Source: Blasia pusilla
Taxonomy: Eukaryota
Length of the DNA: 64,000 bases
Direction: 5' to 3'
Assembly: GCA_050084515.1 (NCBI GenBank)
Contig: CM114271.1
Location: 49,166,001 to 49,230,000, forward strand
The notes under the pieces were generated by a model. That model had not been told where the DNA came from. It ran no database searches and worked only from the letters and a program-made list of their open reading frames with translations. Position numbers and translations under genes: made by a program. Shown here in pieces: positions 49,743-63,600 of this stretch. Position 1 is the stretch's first letter. The number at the start of each line of letters is the position of its first letter.

Positions 49743-52700
49743 GATTTATCGAGACCTACGACTCCCAAAGTGACACCACACAAGTTGTTCCATAAGCACT
49801 TCAAAAATAGGGTAGTACTCAAACATGAGTCTTGATAACCAATCCATGCTATGAAGGAGAAAGAAATAGACAAAACATACCAGTTCCAAACTGCCCTTGC
49901 TTCCCTTGAGTCTGTATTCTCAGCTATCCTTCAGTCTCTGATCCGAACTGCCCCAAGAGTCTGCAAGTACAAGAGTGCTATAAAAGCATAATCACAATCA
50001 AGTATTCAGAGGTCACACCTAAAATATCAATTCTCCTACTATCAATGTAACTCAGGCTTTGAGAAGCTCGACGGTATAACACATACTCAGAGTAGCCCAA
50101 CGGAATAACAAAGTAGCACCAGGGCAGCTGGAGCATACTTTGTAACACTAAGAAAAGTAGACGGGAAGATAAATTCCAGGACTTGGTGGCCAAGGTGAAT
50201 GATCCACAAACAGCATGGACACACACAACTTCATGAATACAACAAGTGGGACTTCTTGATATTTTCCTTGGCTTATTTTTGTCAGGTTCTACACCCTAGT
50301 CTTGTGTCATCAGCATTCATCCTCTGCATTCATCCACAGCAGTTGCCTTAAATGAATTTTTCTATGAATTATGCCGTGCAAGGTGTAAGGGTGTAGTTAC
50401 ACCATATTGCAGTAGCACCACAATCCTCTGCCCGCTGTCCTAAATTCTTCATCTGAGTTATGTGCCAGGCAGTGATCACTGCTCCATATTGCTTACACAA
50501 TAGAACAAACTCTCCCAACAACAATCCCAATCCCCTTCCCAGAGTTTTGAAATAAATTTTGGGCTGCCTCTCACTCGTTCTAAGGGCGAGGACCACTCAT
50601 TTAATTGTTGAGCCTGTTTTCTCTCTATTTCTAGCAGTGCGACAACGAGAATGAAAATCAAATTACAAACGAATGTGACCGGATAATCCAAGGCAGGCTA
50701 AAAGGCCTTGCACATCCTCGTCCTATCTATATGCTTGACAGTTTCATTCATGATAAAAAAAAACTCCACTAGAATCTCAGAGTGATTTAATCCATGAACC
50801 GCGGATGTTAACAGTCGATTACAAATTCAGTGAGCACACCCTAAACACAAAGCCTCACAACAGCTCTCATAGCTACGAACAACAAACATTAAAGCACAAA
50901 CATCGGCTGAATGGAGCCACCTGAATCAATCCCGACTTTTCAGCAATTTCCTAAACCATAAACCTCCACCGCTTTCAGCAGACCGAGCTCGTTGTTACTG
51001 TGTTCTATGATTTGAGAATCGCTTCGGAATTAATGTGCAAATTATGCGACCAGATTATGATCGCTCCGCTGTGGGGATCTTCATTCTCATCACACCAAAA
51101 TCTTGATGCCGCGAGTCGCCTGATATTCGAGGTCCTCCTGGGAGCAGTAAGTTTGGGATTGATATCTCTTCACCAAACTTGAGAGTATATGCATTACCAC
51201 CCTACACAGCTCCCCCTAAAAGTTTGCAAGCCTTTGGGAGCTCCGCATTCGGAGAACAAAGAACATACTTACCCGACATATCATACCCGTCGCCTTCGCA
51301 AAATCGGGTCCTTTCTCCATAGTGCCGTCAAGGCCTTCAACGAGGCTGAGCAGTGACCTACAATGTCCAATGACACATCTCATGAACATATTCTAGAGTG
51401 CATCACCGCAATGTGTGACAGAAGGCATTTGAAGAAAGGTGAGTCCAAACAATTGGACTCACCTTTGCAAACAGGATACCGAGCGAGATTTGACACTAAA
51501 GGCGCATCAATTCCTGGAGCGCAGTACTCCAACCTCCCCGGGTGTGTAGTCGGAGCTCTCTACTAAAATATGCACGAAACAACGAACCCTAGCCGTAACG
51601 TTCTGGGAAACGAAGGCCATCCACGGAAGAAGGTGCAATGTGCGAGGGAAGCCATTCCTTCCTTGGAGCTTGGACCCTTCCAAGCGCCGGAAAGCATTCC
51701 ACGAGTAGTCCCCAAAAAATACGTACCCAAATGGGTTTAGGGTTTCGAAAGGAACGAGGTTATTTGACGATGTCAGAAGCCATTCCACAAACACACATTT
51801 TCCGCCGTCGGATCGTACTCAACTTCCATATAATGCTTGGATTGTCACGATTGAGGACCATTGGATCTCATTCATCCAGGGGTCATCATTGGTTGCTTAC
51901 ACGGATCTACAAGAGACACTCCCATTGGTTGGACAGGGTACATGGACAGGGTACACTAAGTTCATAAGTTCCCGCTTTACACTCATAAGAAGGAGAGCAA
52001 CGTCATTTTGGGACCTCATGGGAGCGATGTTTCTCATGTGGCCTCATGGGTTACCATGGGGATCATGGACATGGTATGGTCCCATGTAAGTTTCATGAAC
52101 ATCCCCATGCCATGGAGATGTCTACGACGGATATGATCCCCGTGGACTCAGCAAGCAGCGACTCAGCGAGTGAGTATTGAGTAAGCACTAAGCAGCGACG
52201 AGTAAGAACTGAGCAGTCACGGCAATGAGCACTGAGAGCAGCAAGGAGTAAGCACAACGAAGAGCGAGCAGCAAGGCGTCGAGGAGTAAGCACAGAGACG
52301 TCTCCAACGAGCATTGAGCAAGCAGCGAGGAGCAAATGGGAGTCGAGTTGCAATTGTCCCGACCCATGGGCCTGACTCCCTCTCTCCCAAGTCCCAAAAT
52401 GTGATGTGCCATAGGATGAGCCGCACCCTAGAAGGGACAGCTGGATGAACGCTGCACCCCGGGCCCCTTATCCACTACCCTCTTGACACCTGTCGCTTCC
52501 CGGCACCTCCTGCCTCCTGCCGGGAAATTCCAGCCGAGAAATTCCGTGCCTGCACCCGTCGAGGAGCCCCGGTTATGCTGCCAGGAAATTCCAGCCGGTT
52601 TCCTCAAAACGGCCGGCGTTTGTGACTTGAACCAGCTCACTTCCGGCAATACCTCTTTCCTGTTCAGTTTCGTCCCCGGGCCTGAGTTGAGCTCATCGGT

Positions 52701-54161
52701 AAATCTCAAATTTTACCGGCAGCCTGTACAAAGGATGCCCGTACTGTCCGAGCCAATGTGAAGCAGCGGGCTATTCTGTACTTAAATATAAAACTGTTGT
52801 CTTACCCAATGATCTTCCCGATGTCCATCGAGAAGGATGCATTTCAATTTTCTTGTTCCAGGAGTCATCATTTAGAAGTAGGCACGAACACTCTAAAGTT
52901 GGAAAATATTACGCGCTGGATTTAATAGAGGAGATAACGCGGCGAGTGCGTAGGATTGCTCAGGATTCTGTGCTGTCCACGAAGACGTACCACAATATCG
53001 TCGGATTCGGCCAATTCCAAACTTCGAAAGCACTTCTTCAAAGCGATCTTTCTGTCATCAGTTCATCCAGTTGATCTGGAACGGAAATACGCAAATGCAT
53101 ACGTACCTGAAGGAATTCATGCACGAGATTGCAATTCTGGTGTGAAGATTGTCCCACGTACGTAATCGTAAGTGGGACTTTGGATGAATTTCCTATTCCC
53201 TGAATCCTTCGTGAACAGCGCTTGGTAGTTGCTCCTAGTCAGTCGACATAGTTACAACCCGTGCCTGTACGTGACTAATGCTAATGCTGTTCTGCCACCG
53301 ATTTATTTCTGCCGTGGTATGAGAAATATTGCCATGAGAAGCGTTCGCAAGTAAAGAAGCCGATTAATCCGATTAATAAGTTATTTAATTATGGTGTTGA
53401 AAATTCTTGAAGCCTCGAATTTTCGACAGCGAAGAGCTATCACTTCGACGTTCCCAACCTTCACCAGACGTGTGGGTTTTGGTTTCTTAGCCCGACCCGT
53501 TACGAAACAGCTTCTAAATTTTTGTTTGACCGGTGATGATGATGAGACCCACGTGCCCAATTCTTGTGACGGATCTGAAGGATTCTTATTTGAATTCATG
53601 GAAAGAAATAGCTAAACTTCTACATCAGATCCTCATCGTATGTGGGAGGTGTTTATCTCCCGCTCCAGAGATAAATATACTTACGGGAAATTGGGAACTA
53701 CATGCGTACTAAAAGTGGCGACGATTAGGCATGAAAGTAAGATTCTGTAATCACACAAAAGCTGGCCACCTGGAATGAATCATCCGTTGAATTTTAGAGC
53801 AAATGTCCGAGTTCATGGAATGGTCTGACACAATTGAACGGAGGTTCCATGTGATCTACCTCGATGTGTTCTTCGAGAAATCTACAACTATGTTCGAATT
53901 ATTACATGTCGACATTTTCTGATTGCGTTTTAGGATGAAGGCTTTCTGTTCTCGGAGCGTATTAAAAAAAAAGTGGTTTCGAATTCGGTTCTATGCCTAA
54001 TTTTGACCTCCACGAAACTTGAGCTAAAGTCGTAGACTGTCCAAAATCCCTAGATGTGCCTCGAGCTCCGAAACCATCAAATATGTACACGGTTCTTTCT
54101 TGTCAGATATGTCCAATCGAGCCAGAATTTGATCAGGTGTGATTCATTTGTGCAGGTGTGA

Positions 54162-55461
54162 TCAAAACAGCTTTCCTGCTGTGTCATCTTGGGCTGAGAC
54201 AATTGGCGATGTTGATGGCACTCTGCCAAGCTGTAATGAGATCTTGTGACGAAAAAGAATCCCGTCTTCTCTTTCCTCCACAGGTGTTCTAAGCGCCTCG
54301 CAAATGGATTTCTCCACGTCTGCATAGTACCCAGCACAGTTCCTGTAAACCTCAAATACGGCACCAAGCTGCAAAGCATGGGCCATCGTGTGCACAAAGA
54401 GGGCTCCCACTGTCAGTGCTGCTGCCAGACATGAGCAGTGCATGCTCATCGTCGCTCCTCCTATGCTAAGCAACGCGCCGGCAGATGCAAACACGGGAGC
54501 CATGATGGCCATGACCAAGTTCGCATTGTTTATAGTCTTGGCCATATTCACATACGCCGGAACATCTGAGGTGTGTAACAGTTGAGCCGTCCGCTTCAAG
54601 TCCTGCATTCCGGAAGATGTCCAGCCATTACAAGCAGCCTGATGAGAAACTCCGACTGCGCTTTCAGGTAGTGAGACATCGTCTGTCGCGCGACTGAGTT
54701 TGGATGGTCGAACTTGCTTGGGGAATTTCTCTAAAACGACGGGGGTGAGTGGAAGAGGAAAGCCCTCATCTAGAGCATGTAGGGTCCCGACTTTCTGCTC
54801 CCAATAGTCTGATGCATGTTGACGTAATCGGGGATCAATCAGTAGATAGGCCTCAATCTCAGCTCTTAAGCGTTCAAAGAACCGAGCGGCATGACGCTGC
54901 TCCTCAGCCAGCTGCGATGGCTGGAACTTGCTGACGAGCGTCATTAGTGCCGCAACCCCGACACCCAAAGTAGCTGCCACCACAGATAGACCTAATGCTT
55001 GGTTCGCCCGTTTAGAGCAGACGCAGCCGCTGCGACACCGAGGCCACGGTTATGGTGGTGTGGAATAGGCGATTCCAATTGTCGCGCTGCTTTGCCAGAA
55101 TTGAATGCATTTCGGTGCGGTCCGAAGCCAGAACTGCCAGTGCTCGGAATTTACTGAGGACCCGCTCATCCGCCCTACCCAAATCATCAGTCCAGCCCTT
55201 GTTTGCTGAGTCGAGGCTTGTATGCGAGATCCGAGAGTTCTCCCTTCCGCTTGTGCTGGTTTTATAAGAAGAGGTTTGGCGAGTGGATATCCAATTCTCT
55301 GCGTTCGTTTGCATCGAGGAAGTTGGTGAAATACGCCATTTTCCAACGCTAGCCCTACTCGCTGATGTGCCCGCACACTTGAAAAATTCTGTGTTTATGA
55401 TACTCGAGAGGGAAGTTCCAATCTGTGATCTTCCCTTCAAATCGACTGAGGATAATGCCAT
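54162..55461 (-). CDS. PF14476-like protein, copy 2 (two 1-nt deletions at ~55033 and ~55008 as assembled)
   Basis: Mirror of 42320-43620; intact where copy 1 is frameshifted. Confidence 0.85.
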
Positions 55462-55982
55462 AGCCACGCACCCAAGCCAAATACACGAATCTCGATTCCA
55501 ACCTAGAACTAAATTGAGATAGAGCACCGCCCCACTTGCCGGGACCCAAATTGAGGTTTCAGCGAGAATTGTGAAAACTAGGCGGAGAGTCGAGCGCCTC
55601 TTGCGACCTCTGCTTGATGCCCAAGACCGGAAACTGGACGATGAGACGCTAGCGAAACGATGAATGAAGAGAAACGGAGCACCTCGCTGGTATGTATGCT
55701 CGACCTGGCCGCGGGCTCTCTCCAAGGAAAGTGGGGAAGGAAGTGGTCAACGATCTCGCCTTGACTCTCTTGTCTTTGACTAGGTCTTCAGTGGGGCTAA
55801 CTTCGAGATTCCGACGGATCGTCCACTACCGCGTACAACGCACAGCGTCTGAGTCTGGGATCAGAGGTCTTCCAATTTCTATTGGTTCGGTACCATACCC
55901 TTTCTACGTAGTCGGTCCTACTCTTTACCCAGACTATGTCCAGTCCAACATGTGTGAGGAAAATAGTCTCTCAGACGTTTGG

Positions 55983-56027
55983 CTCTTACAGGTGTGGATA
56001 CTGCCGCAGTATCCACACCTGTAAGAG
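55983..56027. repeat. Mirror copy of the 22-bp perfect palindrome
   Basis: CTCTTACAGGTGTGGATACTGC-C-GCAGTATCCACACCTGTAAGAG. Confidence 0.95.
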
Positions 56028-58573
56028 ACGTAGTGTGACCTGCTATTTCCCATACTATATCCAACGTGCGGGCCGAAAATAGTTTGTCACACGTTGTCTT
56101 TTGGTCCATCCACCTTGCCAATCTATATTATAATGCGAGTCTCGATCCTCCTCGCCATAAGTTCCAGTCATCTCGAAACCTTCCTCATATCTGCACAGAT
56201 GACCGTTTGGCGACCATCACACTCCTCTGCAAGGGCTCATCAGTACATCTGATTGGAACCCCTAGGTCAAATTGTAACACAGTTTGAATTCTTGCAAAAC
56301 TTTTGAGACAAACAATCTTTCATTTTATTGCAAGCTAATGTGGTCCCCCAAAATATTAGGTGAAAGTGACTATTTGGGAATGAAATAGCAACGACACTAG
56401 TATTTTCATAAAAGAAATATTTTCTTACTCCCCAAGGTGTCAAAAGATTTTTTTCCACCTTTGTGTTAATGAAGAGGTGTTTGCGAATAAAAACACTATC
56501 TTCCCATAATAATATAGATGTCCATTAAACTTAAAAAGATAGAATCTTAGATCCAAGAGTGTTAAAGTTGGGGAAGGAGAGAGTTCTTGATGCATTTGGG
56601 GTTCAAACTTTGGGATGATAATAATGCCACACTTTTTCTTACCACTTATTTTGAAAGGAATATCATTAGGCCATATAAATAAACTAGATGAAAGGGACAT
56701 CACACATCTCTAATTATAGTTTTAAGTGCAAACCCTTTAGGTCACCTCACAACCTATGGCAAAATGGGGTGTGGAGGATCACAAGATTACATGGATAAAG
56801 TCTTCAAATATTCCACAAGCATATACAACAAAAAACCTCTATGTGATTTCATTGGAGCATTCAATGGAGGCAAGCGATGTAAGAACTCTAAAATGGGATA
56901 ACAAGTGGGAAGAAGGTAAGAGGCACATCATAGAAAACATTGGCAAAGAATCCCATAAGCCATTTGGAGATCCTCTAGATGAGATAACAAGGGAATCCAT
57001 TCTACTTCTTTCAAAAGGTCCTTATCCAAGAACTTGGAGACATCTTTGATAAAGCTAATTGGGACTTAAAAAACCCGAAGCCCTCTGGATCGATGTAGAT
57101 ACTAAAATCAAAAGTATGTAGGACGAACATTGAAGAAAGGCATAAAGAAGACCATATTAGATATTCACCAGGTTGGACTTTAAGGTTTAAGATAGAGAGT
57201 TGCTCCAGAATATGGTTACAAGCAGGAACCACTTCAAAAGGACGACCTATAATGTGGGTGTCATCACCAAGGTTGCAATGTTATGTAGATGATTTGGCAG
57301 GTGATAGAATACATTGACGTACATTCTACTCCTCCAAATTTTAGCTCAATCCAATGGTGGGAACCAATGATGTTTCAAAATAAAAATGAAAATACTAAAA
57401 ACACTTAAAGTTATTTCCACTTTTCCTTCTCTTCTTCTTCCTCTTTTATTTTTTCACCTTTCTCTCCAAATAGGATTTCATAAATCATACCACTTGGTCA
57501 CAATATGCACTTTGCTCTTCGGATCTAAGGCTAAAAAGAAAATATTAAAAAGACCACCAAGGGAGGGATCTGAAAATTGTTAACCCTAAATATGGTCTTC
57601 TAATTATGGTTTCATCATGGAAGATTAAATAGAAGATCTAATCTAGGGAAGTGGAAGAGGACCTTCCCAAAGTCTACTCCTCCAAGTTTCATCTTAATCC
57701 AATAGTAGGAACCAATAATAGTGCAAGATGAGCAAGAAAATAGAAAGAAGACTTCTAATATTTCTACTCAAGAACAACAAGCATCACCACAATTTGTCTT
57801 CCTTGTTTATTGACCTGGCCAATCACTCAAAGATGGTACTCAAAGCACATGGCGGGTTGGGCCCCCATTGGGCGAGCTCAGGTCCGCGGATGAGCCGGTG
57901 TAGGGCCACACAGTTGTTGCACCTGAGCAACCGTGGGCTCAAGCATAGGCCCCCATAGGGCTCGTGTAGGAACAATGAGGAAGGTGGAATTCCCTCATAT
58001 AACCCTAGAGATACACTCTAGGGTTCTATGAGGGAACACTATCAAGGTTGCACAAAAAGAGACAAGTTAGTCCATGGGACGGATATGCCGCTTGGATAGT
58101 CGAGGGCTACATTCAAGCCCGCCCGTTGAGCGAGTAGCGGTCGAGCATCAAGGATGGCTGAGCTCACACTAGTTTGAGGCTTGCCAGCAATTGCATCAGC
58201 CCACGGCAAGACTGCAAGGCGAGTTGGGATCCCATTCGGAAAGCTTGGACCCACATATGGTGGGTTGGACTCCCATTGGATGAGTTGAGGCCTGCGTAGG
58301 GCTCGTAGATGAACCCACACAATGGGGGCCTAGCTCAACATGCAACTCCTTTGCACGCATGGGCTTGCCCTCGAGCGCAAAAAGTGTAACCTTTTAGGCC
58401 AAAGTTGTTGGTGGATTGATTTAATTTCCATCTGGTACCAATTCAAGTGTACGTGGCTAGCATATTAAATCAATTTCTAAGGCTAGTCATAGGACACCTG
58501 CTTGTCTCGCCTAGTGTTTGTCCCACTGCTAGTTACACTGCCGATATGGATGTCATAGACTTAGCTATTCACA

Positions 58574-61500
58574 ATGTTCCCTTACTTAGCTGAGTCGACA
58601 TCCTCGCCAACTTGAGTTGGGCCTCCCCTAAAGAGACTAAAGGGGCAAACCTCTATAGTTTTGGGCAAACCATGTCAAGCTCATCCACCTAATCTCATGA
58701 TGCCGCAACACATACAACTCATGCTCTATTCATGATCATCAGTCCATGCATCCTAATGAAAACATTCATAAGGCATTCCTCATTCAAGACAAATTTTGGA
58801 CACTTTCTTGAATTCTTGGGATTTCCAAGTTTTAGCATACCATTAATGCCATATTGCAGAGAAAAATCCAACCAATGGAAACACTACAAACCAAGCCACC
58901 ACGCTCAAAATCTAGTCTCATCATCTAACTTCCCTATAATTTCCTACTTCTAAACTCCTCTAGAAGTTACCCAACATGAGTAAGATTAGTTTCTAGTCCC
59001 CATGTTCTTTTGCATAAATCATAATCTTTCCATGCCACTCAATATTCATTTACTAATCTAAGGCCTCCCTTTACTCTACACTCATCAACTATAATGTTGA
59101 CTTCCAACTCCTCTTGGTCTTCGACTATTATTGGATTGGGTTGCAATAGCCTTATTTGAGAGAGGTCTTGATCATCCATGAATACCTTTAGTTCACTAAC
59201 ATGGAACACATCATAAATTTGCCTCATCTCCAATTAATGACAATCTCAGTTGATATATCACCTCCTTAACCTTTTCAAGTATCTCAAAGGTTCCCTCATA
59301 TCTTGGCATCATCTTCCTAGAGATACTTGAAGGTAATTGGTGAGACTTTAGTCTTATCTAAACAAAATTTCCAACTTCAAAGCGCACATCTTGCCTATGA
59401 ACATCAACTTGCCACTTGTAGCGATGTCAATGCGTTCTAACAACGTAGAAGCCTCTCTATAGTCCTACAACTGCTTTTTCAAGAAGTCCTCCACTATCAG
59501 CATGGAACTCCTCACTTAATCTATTCTTCAAACCTAGTTCAAAGTTGAGGTTCTAGGATTTCATCCCACTACCAACAAAAATGGCATGTATCCTATCTCC
59601 GAATGCATGGAGTTATTAAATTAATCTTATTATACTAAAAATCCTCCATAGGAAAATGCGTTCCCCAATATGTTTGATCTACATAAAGCTTGGTTGTCTC
59701 ATAGATACTTCTTAAGCGCTAAGTTACACGTTTTGCTTGCCCCGCCATATTCAAGTAATAGCCTGAATTTAGGAGTAGATTTGGTTCTTGTGTCTCAAAC
59801 AGACATGTCCAAAACTTCAAGATAAACTTAGTGTCTCGATCCGATACTAACTCACTTTGGTAAACACCAATGTTTGAAAATATTATCAAAAAAAGATAAG
59901 CTACCTCTGAAACTGTAACTATGTTTCAAGTTAGATTGAAAACTCCCATCTTTGAAAATCAATATACCACTACCATGATCCAATTTAAACCCTCTAACTC
60001 AAATAATCCCACGATAAAATCCATCGCAACACTTCCTTATGGTCTGCGCGGAATTGGTATAAGAGTGTTTCCCTAACGTCTTGCCATGGTCGATTTGGTT
60101 CTTTTGAGAAACCAGACAAGATTGGACATAATTTTATGGTATCCTAGCTTGAGATGTCCAATAGGACTATTTTTTAACAATCTCCAAGATCACTACCTAA
60201 CAAAGATGCCCTACCCAAGGTGCATCACTGTGAACCTTGAGAACCTTGGTGCTTAAACTCTAAAAAACATATATCCTTTGTTCCTTCCATTTCAAAACAA
60301 CATCCATGAGAGTAGCATGTTTCAAACTTGTTCCCTTCTTCAGAGGCTTTAACCTTCTTTGGGCGATTTCATTGTGCTCGTAGATGACCTTCACCGAGTT
60401 CCTCTCAAGTATTGCTTCCACCTATTGCAGGCGTCAAATATCACATTATCCTTTCCCGACTTATAGAAATTTTCCATATCAAATCTTGCTAGGAATTCTT
60501 GCCAATAGAGGTTTTTTGGTGATAGCTTCTTTTGAATTGAAAAATATTGTCTAGTGATGTCAGTATAACCTTGAAGTGCGGACTATGGAACAAAAATATA
60601 ATTCCCACTTCTTGAGGCAGTCAATCACCGCATACATCTTTCTCACATGAATGGGCTAGTTGGTCTCTAGCTTGGCCAACTTATAAGAAACTAGTTGATG
60701 TGTTTGGTTCAACACTCCCCCAATTGCAAAGTTAGACATATCCATCAAAACTTCGAATGAGACCCCAATTTCCAACAACTTGAGTATAGGAGGGTTCCTT
60801 ACTATGAATTTAGTTGCTTAGACACCTCCTCACACTCCTAAAATCATCGAAATACCATTGCTTTCTACATCAAGTCATAGAGTGGTGTAGTAATCGTAGC
60901 TACATCTTAGATGTACCTTTTATACAAAATTACAAATCCAACCAATGACCTCTTGATCAAATTCCTTGAAACTGACCAAAACTTAATAGCCTCAAGCTTC
61001 TTATGATTGGGTCGTATGCCTTCCATTATGAATGTGTGTCACAATTCCTTCCACTTCTTGGATGTGAAGGAATATTTAGAAGGTTTTGCAACAAATTTTT
61101 TTATTCCTCAAACGACACAAGACTTCTTTCAGGAGAACCTTGTGGTCTTCCTAGGTCACCGAATATATGAGGATTTCATTGAAAAACACCACTACTCTCC
61201 TATCTAACAAATCTTGAAAGATCATAATATTCATGAGAGTCATAAATGTAGCTAGCGCATTAGTTAGTCAAAACAACATCACTAGGAACGTATGGGATCC
61301 AAATATTCTCCTCATCATGATCTTATGTTCATCCCCTTTTTTTATTTAGATTTGGTAATATCCTTGCCGTAGGTCTATCTTGGTAAAATACTTTGACGCC
61401 GCCACCGCATCAAATAAGTCATCTGCCAAAGGCAATGGATACTTGATCTTTATGGTCTTCTTTTTAAGCGCCTTGTAATCCACACACAAGCACATAGACC

Positions 61501-63600
61501 CATCCTCCTTTGAGATGAAAAGGGAAGGTTCTCCACATGTCCACGTACTCATGCAAATGAACCCACTTTCCTCCGATGCCTTAATGTCCTCAGATCATAT
61601 TGGAGTTGCCTTTCTTGGGGAGTCATCCTCCAAGGGTTCATGGTAATTTGGTTTGTTTTGGGTTAGAGTTCAATCTTATAACCCATGTTTTGCCTAGGAA
61701 ATAACCCTTTTGAAAGTTCTCAAGTTAAGATGTCCCCAAATCCTTGCAAGATTTTCCACACTTTAGGCGCACGGTTTCCTTTCTTGTTCCTCCTTTGGTG
61801 GTGCATCCTCCAATTCAAACTCAACTTTTAACGTGACTCCCCAGCATTGGAACTCACCTTTGAGATCTTTTCCAAGTTGCTTGGCTGAAATCAATTGAGC
61901 AACGTGCTTTATTTGATTAACCTCAATATTTAAGGACTAAATTTGTGCTTTGAATCTGAAGAAACCTCAAGAATCCTCATGGCATTTCCATTATCAAGAG
62001 AAACCTCCAATACGCCTTTAGCTGATTTAATTACTATGGCATGTCTATGCAAAAACCTTAGTGATAAAATAACATCTTTGCTGCCCAAGCTACATACTAG
62101 AGAATTTCCCTAGCGTTAAACTTGGCTTCCACTCCTAGAATCACCATCTCAATGTTCAAAACTTGGGTTGAGGTGGTTCCCAAGTATCCATCCATATTTA
62201 TCACAACTTGGGGTTTCTCCATGGAGATTATTGGCGCTCCCAACCTCTCCATTGCCTTCAGATCAAGGAAGTTGCAGGTTGCCCTTGTGTGAATCAAACC
62301 AACCACGGATTTTCCTGCAATCAGTATCTCAACTAGAAATTGGCACTTACTACCATCCTAATGTGACTCCTTTGAAGCTAGGCTCATCACCTCCCCTCCA
62401 CTCATTCCGTGAAGGCTCTCGATCAAACACGTTAAATGTCAAGGCTAGTCTCCCTTATAAGGTCAACGTCCTCACACTTGTTGATTGCTCTCGCTCGCTA
62501 CACCTACGGTCGGGCCTTTCATACATTGGCCCCTTTTTCCTTTGGGCACTCCTGCTTGAAATGACTAGGATTACAACAAACATGACACCCTCTAGCATCA
62601 GGTTCACTGAACGTCGTCCCTTGCTTGGAACATGGCAAGTTTTGAGGTTTGAACATTATAGGTTCTAACTTTCCATGCGGCCTTATATTATCTCATTGGG
62701 TTTCTTCTTGTTCACCTTGTCAGACAAAACCCTTGTCTTTGTAAAAGGGATCACCTTGTCTCACTTCTTACAGCTCAGATCGTCCGCCACGAGTTGAGTA
62801 GCCATGTCAATGGCCACCTTTCGCTTCCCAAACTTGGTTTCCGACGTAGTAATTTTCTATCTTTGTTTTTTTTAAAACTTGGGCAGCATTGCATCCACAA
62901 AGTTGAAGATTTGAATGGCGTCTGACATACCATTAATCACTTCCAACCTCACTTGGAATTGAGAAATAAAACTTGCAATTGAGCCTCCCAACTACACTTT
63001 TCGCAAGTGAATTCTAGCTTGGGTCACATGATCTTGAAGTGCTTAAAAGCTTCTCATTTTTTAGATAAGCACCCCAATCTGGCTCCATGGTGTTCCCATC
63101 CTTACAAAATTATTGGTAACATTTTAGTGGATATGTCTCTAATTTCAAAGAGGCCTCAACTCCCCACTTGGCTCTTGAGACCTAGTAAGTCCCAAAAACA
63201 TTGATATACTCTACCAATCGTGACCCATTAATTGAGGCGCTTGATATCCATATTGCTCCTATACACAAGTAACTTCTTCTTCATGTCTCCCAATTGATAC
63301 CCTAGGGAAAAGACCAAATTTGAACTACATGCCTTTATGGTCTCCCCAACCACATTGTCCATCTAGGATTGCGGTTGTTCCTTCAACGCCCTCAAAGATG
63401 GCACACTAAACCTACTTGAAACTCGCGGGCAATTGAACCATCACAACCTTCCTCTTCATCATTACTGATTCTTTTGGCTCACCCATATGGGCGTCATACC
63501 ACAGAGGTCTAGTTCCTCCAACAAGTTACCAAGAATCTTGGACAAGGAGTTTTTTCCAATCAATGTTTCATCTTCCTAACCCTCATCATCATCGAGGATT
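58574..63600 (-). mobile_element. Old, heavily degraded gypsy chromovirus internal region, continuing beyond the right arm
   Basis: KEDGSMCLCVDYKAL..YPLPLADDLFD..FTKIDLRQGYYQI (61346-61552), protease-like GLIHTRATCNFL (62097-62306), chromodomain remnant at ~58950-59120. The 5' limit is approximate. Confidence 0.8.

Larger units (their letters stand above)
51399..61289 (-). repeat. Right arm of large inverted repeat (~9.9 kb)
   Basis: Reverse complement of 36509-46388. Confidence 0.97.

Noticed and set aside
36509-61289. Giant Mutator/foldback transposon with 9.9-kb TIRs
   Set aside because: No TSD, and the right outer end runs seamlessly into retrotransposon RT, so the ends are breakpoints rather than termini.
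36509-61289. Simple fold-back read artefact
   Set aside because: A unique 5-kb spacer, clustered substitutions and multi-base indels between arms are not expected from a fold-back read. Not fully excluded without reads.
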